From Octopus vulgaris (Eukaryota), in the NCBI GenBank assembly GCA_951406725.2, contig OX597815.1, forward strand, positions 147,808,001-147,872,000: DNA of 64,000 nt, written 5' to 3'. The notes under the pieces were generated by a model that searched no databases, was not told the DNA's origin, and saw only the letters and a program-made list of their open reading frames with translations. Within the stretch, counting starts at the first letter, position 1, and each line of letters begins with the position of its first letter. Shown here one piece after another: positions 42,325 through 54,890 of this stretch. A program made the translations under genes and the position numbers.

Positions 42325-42955
42325 ATGTTATAAGTGAAATAGTATTGGTTTTACGACCGATTTCCCCTTCCCTAATCATGACATTGAAATCATTGTAATT
42401 TTGTACATTCGTAAGAAGATTGTAGTCCATGTTTTGTATCGGGGTTTGTGAATGAGATGAAGAGGTAGACAAATCTAAGGGGAGGTATTCCGTGATCGTT
42501 ATTATACTGGAAAGAAGAGGTAATTAATCATTTTTGGCAGGAGGGGTAAATAAATATATAAAGACTCAATTGCTAAAATAGTGAGATGATGTATTTACAA
42601 TGATGTGTATGTGAACAATGACTAAAATATGAAGAGCGATCAAAGTTCGTTATGAATTCATGTTCAGACGTGTTCTGTACTTGTCGATAAGTAAATTTTT
42701 GATAAGGATATTTTTTTAGTATAATTATTTTCCCCCTCCTCTGAAAATGAGCGAATACATCCTCTGTCCCGAATAATATCAATTACCAGTTTCCTCCCAT
42801 TACATTTATCTACCTGTTGGTTCATTCCATTCGCAAAACCCAGTGCACAGATTAAAGTCTTCTGAAGAAAATACGAAATTACAATAATTTCAATATCATG
42901 ATAAACGAAAGCGAATCCGGTCGACAAACCCAATAATCTTTCACTTCAAAATATA
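42325..42955. mobile_element. Old foldback/MITE-like element with ~240-bp diverged inverted arms
   Basis: 42325-42565 aligns to the reverse complement of ~42715-42955 (atcatgacattgaaatcattgtaatttt vs atcatgatattgaaattattgtaatttc). Confidence 0.75.
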
Positions 42956-43079
42956 ATAAAAATATAATAAAACTATATAAACCGTTTGCTTATTTTTTTA
43001 TTTTATATATATATGTATATATACATTCTTTTATTCTTTTATTTGTTTCAGTCATTTGACTGCGGCCATGCTGTAGCAC

Positions 43080-43114
<35 letters not shown>

Positions 43115-43632
43115 GTATATATAATACATATAATATATATATGCAAATATATATGTATAGTTGTTTATGTATGCATATATGCATGCATATAGACATACAT
43201 ACTCATAGGAATAAATAGAAAATGTGGTAAAAATATATAAACTGTTTGCATAGACATATGTCAATTTGTACATGTTTGTATGTATATATGTTTGAATATA
43301 CTCATACATACTCATAGGAATATGTAATCAGGTAACGTTTTAAAAAGAAACATCATTTGTGTAATCTTTTGAATACGTTCATCTTATATATCTTATGTCA
43401 AATCCGCTTAATAATGTTACTACAAGAACTAGTTTCTTTCTTCCGATTTATCTAATATACCTGTGGATTTCAGGTGTGTAAGACATAATTTAATTATGTC
43501 TCCTTATAATTCATATGTACATCTCTTTGCTTGCTATTTTATTTCGCTCTCTTGTATATTGTTTTTCTTTCATGCTAGTTATTGTACTAATTTTGGGAGC
43601 ACACACTAACTAATATATACCCACACATATAT

Positions 43633-43669
<37 letters not shown>

Positions 43670-44348
43670 TATATATATTGTAGTTGTTATTGGTATTAAT
43701 ATATACCATACGTTTGTTATACGAGAAAATTGTTGAGATGAAGGGAACAAATACAAATGAAAACATGAGCGATACTTAGAAGATACTTATTTACTTCAAA
43801 GAAAATGGATTATAGTTTTAAGAAGGAAAGCCAAATTCTCATAGAATTTAGAAATTCCTATTTGAGTCAAAAGGCAACCGTAAAATAAATAAATATATTA
43901 TCCAAACATATTTCAATGAAAAATATGTGATATGTAACGTCATCTAAATTCCAATTATCGTTTGGACTAAGATGGAATTTATGAGACATTTTCTTCTGGA
44001 CTATAGTATAGATTTTGTTTCTGCGTGAAAATAATATTAATATTTGCTAAAACGCAATGTAAAAATGCATATTCAGATATGTATATATTAACTAATATTT
44101 ATTTTCCTTCAGCCCGATTGATAGTGTACTTAAGGCATATGCATTGTCAAAAATTGTGGAAATAGTGATATTTGGTGAAGAAATGATGAGGGATTGTGTT
44201 TGTTTGCGATCGATGTGCGTTTTTCCTTCTGTTTATTTGTCATGTCATTTGCTGTAATGTTTTACACGTCATTTCCAATATGGATTTGTGTGTGTGTGTG
44301 TAGAGGGGTATATGTTTATGTATAGAAGTATACATAATACACATATAT

Positions 44349-44748
44349 AGGCGCAGGTATGGCTGTGTGGTAAGTAGATTGTTTACCAACCACATGGTTC
44401 CGGGTTCAATCCCACTGCGTGGCACATTGGGGAAGTGTCTTCTACTATAGCCTCGGGCCGACCAAAGCCTTGTGAGTGGATTTGGTAGACGGAAACTGAA
44501 AGAAGCCCGTCGTATATATGTATATATATACATGCGTGTGTGTGTTTGTGTGTCTGTATTTGTCCCCCTAGCATTGCTTGACAACCGATGCTGGTGTGTT
44601 TATGTCCCCGTTACTTAGCGGTTCGGAAAAAGAGACCGATAAAATAAGTACTGTGCTTACAAAAGATTAAGTCCCGGGGTCGAGTTGCTCGATTAAAAGC
44701 GGTGCTCCGGCATGGTCGCAGTCACATGACTGAAACAAGTAAAAGAGT
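44349..44748 (+). mobile_element. SINE family B, best-preserved copy
   Basis: A-box tggctgtgtgg, B-box ggttcaatccc, CORE-like ggcacattggggaagtgtcttctactatagcctcgg, internal (TA)n/(TG)n, tail atgactgaaacaagtaaaagag. Confidence 0.93.
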
Positions 44749-47700
44749 ATATGTGTGGTGGTTGAGTATTTATGTCTTTATAAACATGAACACACACACA
44801 CAAATATACACACAAATACACACTGTGTATATTGAAACCCGTAAAAAAATTTTACTCTCTAGTTTCATCTAATTTTCTTCGTCCTTAATTTGTAAAGTTC
44901 CTCATGCTTAAAGATTATTAACTGATGTAGCATAACAATGAAAACATTTTCAGTGTAGACCAGTATAAATAACTTAACGTGATTTAAAATTGATCCTTTT
45001 ACTACTAAGACTATTTAACAACCATAGAGAGTCTATCCTTTATTCAAATCATTGCTATTTTAATACATTAGTCAAATGAGATTCCAGTTAGCATGTTTAT
45101 GAAGCTAAAATACTTTTGTCGCGTTATCATTCGTATGATATACAATGCTAAATGTTTTTCAGTGTTCTTACACATAAGATTACATGGTATTCTAAAACTA
45201 GCTTCAGAGGGAAGTTATATATTAAGGAACACATACCCAATAATCTTTTCGATATTGACAAACAAATCACGTATGGATAAATTTTGTGTTGAACAAAATC
45301 AAATATGACACTAGTAAATTGTCTCGACATTGCAACTTGTAAGCTCTCAATGAATTCTTACTCTCAGAATACGAGGAAGTGAGTTGGAGAAAATACAAAC
45401 ATAAAGACAGGAACGAGAAGAAAACTAGAATTATGCGTTACCTGCGTTATTTCATTACATTATACATATACAATTATGTAAAACAAGTGAGAGTGAATAC
45501 CGTTACTCATGGATACGAAACCACCCTTTGATGACTTACATGTAATGTGGTTGTATTTATGAATGCATATCGGTGGGAATATATATGTAATAAAATGTTG
45601 CATGCTTATGTATGCATACTCACACGAACACACACACTTGTGCGTGTGCATGTCTGTGCGTGTATGCGTGTAGGTGTCGTAGAACAAGCAATAAACCTAA
45701 AACGCAATGCATGAAAATATGCATCTATTTATAATTCAAAAATTAGAAAAGTGAGACAGGTGCTCTCGTAATTATTTTTCTGAGATTTCATTAGAAAAAA
45801 AAATTCGCAAATCTTGTGAATTTAGCAAAGCAATACTAAATATAACGTAAAATGCATGACAAAATGATATCAAAAATTCCTTTCAATGTGCCAATTAAGA
45901 GTATGAAAATTTAGTAACGTTCTAAAGTGATATGCTATGGTTATTTCTGCAGACAGGTGTTTTCTAGTGAGGCAAAGACTGTTCTTAACTGTTTTTAACG
46001 GTGTCTGTATATAAAACAACATCTAATGATGAGACTTTCCCAGCCTTCGAGATTGTAGACGCGCATATCATTATGGAGAATATTATTGATGCCTTTCCCG
46101 AAGGAACTTCGATGAAATAACACATCAAAATAATGGTTAGCCTATAAAAAAGTCACTTGGCTAATCATAACTCCGGCAGAGTACAAACAAATAGATTACG
46201 TTTGTTGCATCTGTATAGCTTTGATACAAGCTTCTTGCGTGCATATTATTTTGATAACTTGTAGCGTGCTGTGCTGGATGCATTGTAAACCATAGAGGGG
46301 GAAATTATCAGGACACTGGGTAAGTTGAAAAATTTGTGGCCTTTATCTCTGCATATAGAATAAAGTGTCATAACCAAAATGTCTTCCACATTTTATACAT
46401 ATAAATTCAGCGAGATATTCAACAGTTTATTCTTAATTTCCCATGAATTCCATTACTCGCTAGTTCCTCGTTGTATTTCTTTCTGTCTACATTATATATA
46501 TATCTGAGAATAAATAGCAAACTTTTTCTTAATAACACCGGCTAGAATATATATATAAATATAGATTTATTATAGTTGGAATACCTGCGAATAATTTGTT
46601 TTATGTATAAATTAGGTTTCCTTTGGGATTTACTGATTTATAACTGCTGAACCATAAAGCAATGTTTGAAATGTCGAGCATAAATATTGTTGGTGTTTTT
46701 AGCCATAAATAAAATTATACCAAGAAGTTATTGAGGAAAACCGTACTCACTGCGACAAATATACCTCACGTATGTCAGCGACTTTTTTAAAGTAGTTAAC
46801 TGAATGCAAATAGCAGGACGTAATATTCTCTATTTATTGACTCAACTCCAAGAAGCACATTTATTCGTCACCGATAACACACTTCATATAAGTTGACTGA
46901 AGCAGTGGTCATTTAAACATGTTGTTTACCACATAGTACAAAAAGAAATGTAAAACCTAATTGTAGTTGACATAAATTCATTCACATGTAAGTAGACTTC
47001 GAGTAATGTGGGTTTATTCTATACTGTTATAATGTTTTAAACAGATAAGAGTCTTTTTGCGCATGTGTGTATATACGTGTTTGTCAGTATGTCTAAGGAT
47101 TAGGACTTAAGTATTGTTTAGTTAACTGAAATTATACAGAACTAACTTAGACTATTCCAACAGTGACTATTCCATTGACTTTTTGCTTTTATCATATTTT
47201 TTTTGTTTGTTCACTCTTTTGCTGCTAGTGGCGCTGTAGTTAATACCAAGTGTGGAATTGTGTATTTGCATTGTTGGTTACTGTGGAGGATAGTTTTGGA
47301 GTGCTTTGTCGACGTTTTTGTCAGTAAGGATTGAATCACTGGAGCGCAAATGTGGATTGAGAAAGTAGAAATATGTTACTAAAGATGAATGGAGAGTGAT
47401 TAGCATGAAGTCTGACACAGAAAAAAGACACGGATGTCTATAACAAAATACAGAGATCATTCACAATCAATGAAGTCTTTCAAATTATGGAAAGAATACA
47501 ATTAAGTTAAAAGTTTCAATTAACAAAATTGTCTCCGCTTACTACTGGATAGCATACTTTAAAAAATAATTAAAATATGCGAATTCCCTTTACAGTTTTT
47601 CCATTGATTTCGTATTTTAATTTTCTTTTATGTTTTAACACTGCTATCTATTTAATATTATCAACTGCAGAAAATCTTCTCAAACATATGTAATTATTAA

Positions 47701-47781
47701 CTTCTGATATTCTTCGACGTGGAATTGCTGGGAATCTCGCCGCACCTCATGAACTATCCGTTTAAGGTATCCATTCGTATG

Positions 47782-47834
<53 letters not shown>

Positions 47835-48289
47835 CACGGTAACGGTACTTGTTGAGAGGTGTTTCTTCTGTAAATTCCACCCGACACATTACCGCACATT
47901 TCACGAAATATTTCAGACCAACAGAAACTGAATAGATTTAGACTTAAAACAATCGTAAAGTCAATTCGACTAACAATATCCTTCATTGTGGAATCCAAGC
48001 GCGGTTGCAGTCCATTGGCTAATATCCGAAGAAGAAGAAAATCATAAAATGATATCCAGCTAAATGAGACATGATGATCGTAAAAATAAGTAATTTAAAC
48101 GTTCTTCATCATCTCATCGATTAATTCATTCATTTATCTTCTCTTTCTGCCCATTCAGTCAAGATTTCTTTATGGAAATATTTAAAATTATTGTCTTTAA
48201 ACTTTAGACCTAGTTCTCATTAAAATATATTCATTTAAGTTTAATTAGATTGCTATTCGTGTGTTTCTATTGCAGTTGAAAACTGTGTC

Positions 48290-48575
48290 AATGGGGATGG
48301 TGAGGATGATAATGAGGAGGAGGGGAAGGGGATGTTGATGATGAGGAGGAGGAGGGAGATGAGAATGGGAAAGAGGAGGAAGAGGAGATAGAGTTGGAAG
48401 GGAAATAATAAGGGGGAGAAGCTGTAAGAGGAGGAGAAGGAATTAGAAGATGACGAAGAAAGGAAGGGGAATTGGGGTAAAGTGAGGTAGAAAGGTGAGG
48501 TTGAAGAAAAGACCAGGGAGAAAGTAAGAAGGGGAAGAAAAGACGAGAAGAGGAAAGAAGGGAAGAGAAGTGAAT
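48290..48575. repeat. Purine-rich (GA) low-complexity tract
   Basis: Directly visible. Confidence 0.85.
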
Positions 48576-50200
48576 AGCAGGTACATAGGACCTACATGGA
48601 GAGGACAATTAATACATGTACCTATTTCATATTTACTTCTTCAGCCATTTCTACTGAGTCAATTGTAAATATCCATTCTGTTTTCATTCATTCGCCGCAT
48701 GCCCTTTTACTCCGCAGATGATGGCTGCAATTCGGTTACGAAGGCTGTCGCTGATTGTTTCCGTAGATACTAGCAGCGACGATGAGGTTTCTCTGTACTG
48801 TAGAGACGCATGACTTTCACAGAAACATGGCAACGATGGGTGCCTCAAACAAACGGTGCTCATAGAGTTTCACCTCCTACACCCAGGCAACTCTTAACTG
48901 AGCTGTTGATTTTCTTCAGTGATTGTTTTGTCTACAGCATTATATTTCAGTACAAGAAGGATGCATGATAGAAATGAATAAACAGAAATTTTGAAAATCA
49001 AGCGAGGCCTGTACCTTTACCAGGAGCCCTGGCACATGGCCAAACAAACGCTCAGAACAGTGTATACATTTGCCCATAAAAAACTGCTAACATCATTCGA
49101 TGCAATGAAAGTTGCAGATGTTAACCTCAAACTTATCCACTTCCGACAGAGATATTCTAAACCAACATTACCGGTTCTATCCCTCATAGTTGTTAGATGA
49201 CCGTTGAATCTACTGATGAACACCATCCATCCATCCATCCATATATGTGTAGCTATGTGTGTTTATAACTAATATATAAACAATTTAGTATATATAGCAT
49301 GATAGATGACAATATACTCATATAAAAATTAGTATATTTTCACTGATGGCACAAATGAAAAGCATGAAACTTCTACATTCATTTCAATACTTTGCTTCAG
49401 TCTGCTGTTTCAAACTAGCTTCTATAGAATTACTAGAAGTTACAATTCCCTCATAATAAGTAAATAATTATTTACAATAAAAGATGCACCAAAAATGTGG
49501 ATGAATATTCCATTACAGAAATATTCAGCATTCTTCACACACTCTGGTAATAATATCAATAATATTTTGTACAGACAACATAATATTTAAAATATTTTGT
49601 GTTAAATATAACAATCTCGAGTATATTACGTAGCAATAAGCATATTTCTCAGACGCCATATATATCCATATTGTAATGCGTCTGAATCATATATTCGGAC
49701 TTACCATGTGAGGGTAATTAAATTTGCAGATTCATACAACTTTACACTGAATAGAAAAAAAATATGGAAAAAAATATTTTTTGGAAGATAACACAGACCA
49801 AAAGAAATCTATTATAACATAAAAGCAATAATACAGGTAATAAAAAACAATGATCAAACAATTTATGTGTCAAAATAAGAAAAAATATAACTGTATAGAA
49901 CTTGACATGTGTTCAAATTATTTCTCCTTTCATTGGCTTATATTTTTGCTATTGAAGAAAGAGAGAATAATATATAGACCACACCACTCACGTTCAAATA
50001 CATCAATGTATAAAGAATAGTGTAATACCAGTTATTAATATTTATGGTCTCTGCATAATTATGTTTCAGGTTTGATCAAAGAATACATTTGATCTTAGAA
50101 TGAAATACACACACATACATAAGCTTATAAGCTCATACATACAACATATACGCATACACACACACACATACATACATACGTATATATAACTGTTTGTATA

Positions 50201-50231
<31 letters not shown>

Positions 50232-50326
50232 GTACGTGTATACATATGTTCACATACATTTATATGTATTTGTTAAATACCACACACCTATACACGTTAA
50301 AATATATGTATATGTATGTATGTATG

Positions 50327-50484
<158 letters not shown>

Positions 50485-51371
50485 TTTTATTGTCATGTAT
50501 ACATATGACCATAAAGGCAGATACATTTTTCACTGCATATTTTTTGGCAAGTTACTTTATCTGAAAACACTCAACTGAAAGATATATTGTTGCATTTAAG
50601 TAAAGTCACATTTACGTGGCTTTTTGCCAGATATTATGCCCAGTACATATTCATAATTATGTCATACTCTCTCTATCTTACTTCGGATATTAATCTCGAG
50701 CTATTTCATCGCATATGCTTACCGCTTCCCTTTTTCTAGTTCATTTCCCTGGGTTTTGTTGATTCACTCAGAACGCGTTAACTGTTACCATTGTTATTAG
50801 TATTGCATTGTCACTCGCTTGTATTTTGAATTGAGAGGCATGCAATAAGACACGTCTTGTAATACATGCGAAATATTACAACTGATATTCATAAATGATT
50901 TAGTGAAGCACCTAAACTATATCAAATACACATAGAAGGCAAAAGGACTAAGGAATTTAAACAGGTATATCAATATATCGAATCCCGATAATGAGATCAT
51001 TTGAGAACAAAAGGATTATTATCCTGTCTAATACATTAGGAGCATAAATTAGGAAGGTATTTAGTATTTTTAATGGAGCTTCGAGGCTTGTTCTTTGTTA
51101 GAGAACGGAGCATCAGTGCGATTTTAGATCATGTGACATTTCCAGTCTACCACAGCCTATCATGCTAAAGGAATAACTCTCTGTCCAAAAGGTTTTTACA
51201 TAATTTCTGCCTAAAAATATCACTTCCTGAGTTTATAGTGGAAAACAAATCTTCTTGAAGCTATGTAGTAAGGATTAATATGAAACCACAATCGGACTTC
51301 AGATATAAAACTTTTGTAGTGGTCCTCGCGTCCTGCTAACGAAAGAAAGCTTTGGGAAAAAGTGAGTATTA

Positions 51372-51615
51372 CTCTTTACTTTCTTTACTCTTTTACTTGT
51401 TTCTGTCATTTGACTGTGGCTATGCTGGAGCACCGCCTTTAGACGAGCAAATTGAACCCAGCACTTAATCTTTGTAAGCCTAGTACTTATTCTATCGGTT
51501 TCCTTTGCCAAACCACTAAGTTACGGGGGTGTAAACACGCTAGCATCGTTTTTCAAGCGCTGTTGAGGGGACAAACACAGACACACAAACATATAAACAC
51601 ATACATACATACATA

Positions 51616-51651
<36 letters not shown>

Positions 51652-51792
51652 CGACGGGTTACATTCAGTCTCCGTCTAACAAATCCAGTCAAAAGGCTTT
51701 GGTTGGCCCTAGGCTATAGTAGAAGACACTATCCCAAGATGTCACGAAGTGGGACTGAACCGGAAACCATGTGGTTGCTAAACAAGCTACTT
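51372..51792 (-). mobile_element. SINE family B; the rest of its head lies at 53760-53935
   Basis: Sequence breaks at gtggttgctaaacaagctactt and resumes after two inserts. Confidence 0.88.
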
Positions 51793-53759
51793 TATTTCAT
51801 AAATTTGTCATATAGACAGTACAAAGAGCTTTGCGGGCTGGACAAAGACATTAATGAATGAAATGAATTATAATGAATAAATGAGAGACGAAACCCAACA
51901 CCCGCCGGTTGGATTTTTCTCGAAAACATTTTTTCGTTTTTTTCTTTTAAATCAATATAAGGTTTCGAACCTTTTACAAGGAGGAGGCACTAAAACCTCT
52001 TACTTAACATATTTTCTTTTTTTCTTTCTTAAAACACAAAATTGAGGTTATAAACCACTACAAAATAGTCCAATAAGGTGAGGTTTCAACCTCTGTAACG
52101 AGGGTCTTTCACCTCCTACTCTTCGATATATCCATCGATATATTCATCATTATCATCAATGCCGCTTGAGTTCCTGTATCCCGCCATTTTCCATGCCTCA
52201 CTCATGTAGGACATGTAAGTCGTGTAAAGGCCACCCGGCAATATGCGACACTCCTCCCCAAATCCTTTAAGCCTTTCTCACAAGGGAAAACTTATGACCT
52301 CCCCAGCTATCTGAGGAGGCCATTCGAGATCCAGTATGAAGGGCATATCTACTGTTTCTTTAAGATCTTCTACTATTTTTTCCACCTCACCGCCCTTGTA
52401 GAAAAAGATAATTAATTGATCATCTTTAAGAGTGGGGGTGGTTTCTTCCACCGTGGGTGGCACAACTTCGGAACATGCAGTCGGCACATCATCTCCCTGC
52501 TGAGATGACCCGTTCTTCTTTCTTTTTTTCTTTTCTTCCTGGCTTCGGGAGAGTGGAGCCCTTCCAGTTTGTCAGGAGACGCTCCGCCGCCTCCCGAAGC
52601 CATAGGTTCCTTCGGCGGGCAACTATTTTTGCCCGCTTTCTTCCTTTTTAATCCTTTTTGAGTTGAGGAGGCTGAAGCCTGCTCGACCACATCCACCTCT
52701 CCCTTTGACCGGGTAGGGGAGGTGGCATCTGGTGACTGTTCCAGGACCTTAACATGGTCCTGGGGCAGTTCCTTTTAATGTGGCCTGGCTGCAGGCACGA
52801 GTGGCACTTTGGGGGACGTCCCTCAAGTATCACCGGATATCCAGGCTCGTATTTATTTTCTTCCACAATATGACGGGAGAAACAGGATTTCCTTGCCTTC
52901 TAAAGGCTGATTCGCAAACAGGCGAGCTTTTTCCCCGTTGTCAAACAGCAACCATACGGTCAAACAGCAACCATCGTCTTCCCCTCCATATCTTTTAACC
53001 ATTGCTTAGGCGGGTTAATTTCCCACTCTAAGGCAGAGCTTTTCTTTTTAAGTTCCTTCTCTGCCATGTCAAAAAAAGTTCAAAAGTAGTTCAAAAGACA
53101 GTCTGCCAAAAAATTAAACCGAATAAAAATAAAACAAAATAAAGGGGAGGGGAGGGGCGGAAACTGAAATTAAATTAATGAAAAGAATGAACCAAATATT
53201 TTAGAAAGAAATAATAGAAGGGAAAAGTAAAAGAAAAATCTCACAAATAGCACAGACAGGGAATCCTTTGTATAAAACTACAAAAAGGTTATCCAAAAAG
53301 GTACTCTAAATGGCTTATTCTTTTTTTCTTTTTGGCGAGATACGCCCACTAGATTTCACAAGAAGAATTTTCAAAAAAATTCGCAATTCACCGTTACGGC
53401 CAAAATTTAACACAACTGTAAAACAGTTAAAAAATCATTCCAAATTTCTTCTAGGTCCTCCATAACAGGAACAACACTATTTTCAAACAAAAGTTTAGCA
53501 GGATATTCCTACCAAACCAATAATTTTCACAATTAAGTGAATAATATTTTCACTCAGCCTCCGGTAGACTAGAGCCTAGTGAGGACTTGTTACTTGTAAA
53601 AATAATTTGACACATACAACAGGCCCCCACTAAACCCCCGAAATTCTTACCTTACGGCTGAGTATTCAAAAGTCTTCAATTTAAGACGGCTTTCAAAAAC
53701 ACATCATACATCTTCGGTGTCAAGCACAACACTGACTTGCACATGCGTAGAAGCAACCT
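51793..53759 (-). mobile_element. ORF1-only (HAL1-like) retroposon of L1/Tx1 type
   Basis: Single decayed ORF, AATAAA at the very 3' end, ~12-15 bp target duplication, no RT or endonuclease. Confidence 0.7.
52116..53067 (-). pseudogene. Decayed ORF1/gag-like protein with CCHC zinc knuckle
   Basis: MAEKELKKKSSALEWEINPPKQW...; VAVFDNGEKARLFANQPLEGKEILFLPSYCGRK; YPVILEGRPPKCHSCLQPGHIKRNCP (CX2CX4HX4C); frameshifts and stops. Confidence 0.8.
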
Positions 53760-53771
53760 GTAAGCAAGCTA

Positions 53772-53910
53772 GTTAGTTAGTTAGTTAGTTAGTTAATTTG
53801 GCTCAAAAGCAAATAACAAGGCCATGTAGGGGGACATGGAGTTAAGTACATGGTGGTGTTCATGTAAAGAGTTCAGGCCACTTGAGGTCCAGGGAGGCTT
53901 TGAACAAAGC
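53772..53910 (-). mobile_element. CR1-like LINE extreme 3' fragment with (TAAC)n tail
   Basis: Minus LFKASLDLKWPELFT* (cf. FK..LD..W terminus), short UTR, tetranucleotide tail. Confidence 0.6.
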
Positions 53911-54010
53911 GCTTTGCACACAACCACTTTAACGCTTATTTTATATTTTCTGTTAGTAAATTGCTATTTGTAAATCTCAAATGAAAGATATTCAGCAATG
54001 GTACCTTGGA

Positions 54011-54375
54011 GTAAAGATTGCTTCCCAACATAACATGGCGGTCCTGGTTTTAGACGGATTTTGCTGTAATTTAGCCCCAGTAGACATTTTCTCCAGTTGG
54101 AAAGACGACATGGCCTTATATTTTCGAACAGGGGAATCTAGCACCCCTTATTTCCCTTGATCAACAAAGAATAATTGAGCTTATGGAGGGAAATAAACCG
54201 GAAATCGCGATACACAGATATTGTTTTGAGCAGAGTGGGGGTGCTGGATACCCTTGTTCGAAGACACAGAACATGTCCTTTAGCCAGCTGAAGGCAATGT
54301 CTCCTGGAGCTAAATTACAGCAACATTCGTCCTAAAGCAGGACTACCATGCTATTTTGGCAAACAATATTTTTCT
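54011..54375. mobile_element. MITE with ~135-bp imperfect inverted arms
   Basis: ttgctgtaatttagccccagtagacatt / aatgtctcctggagctaaattacagcaa; tctagcacccc / ggggtgctgga. Confidence 0.8.
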
Positions 54376-54707
54376 GTGTCTTGATAAGCTATTAGATATG
54401 TAATATTCCCTTATGATTCTATTTAAATTTATGGCTCAAGTATTATTTGAGTGAATCGTTTAGAGAATTTGAAACCGCAGCAGAAGTATGCTAAAAAACA
54501 GACCATAGTAATTTACTATGCAGTTTATTCTTTCTTTTTTAACACGAAACAATGAGTAGTATTTTTTGCATTGTGTGAGCAGAACACTAACAACAATGAT
54601 TAGTTTAGAGATACGACAACAATAACTGATTTATCAATATACATATAAGTAAATGCATAGTAGATGACAGATATGCATACACAGGGGCTTGCACATGTGT
54701 GTGTATA

Positions 54708-54890
54708 GGTGCAGGCGTGGCTCAGTGATAAGGAGCTTGCTTTCCAACCACATGATTCTGCGTTCAGTCTCACTACGTTGCATCTTACACAAGTATTTCC
54801 TATTATATCCTCATATCCTCGGGCCGGAAAAATCCTTGTTAGTGGATTTGCTAGACGGAAACTTATAGAAGACCGTCGTATGTATATATG
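54708..54890 (+). mobile_element. SINE family B 5' half, ending at its TA tract
   Basis: Head and CORE-like block; followed directly by PLE sequence. Confidence 0.85.

Noticed and set aside
46201-49706. Possible upstream exons of the candidate gene (ATG|GTAAGT near 49705; open frame CPDNFPLYG... at ~46315-46201; frame at ~47420-47282)
   Set aside because: Weak donors or arbitrary phase matching; indistinguishable from chance without transcripts.
52116-53067. Domesticated gag/ZCCHC host gene
   Set aside because: Stops, frameshifts, a target duplication and insertion inside a SINE indicate a decayed mobile element.
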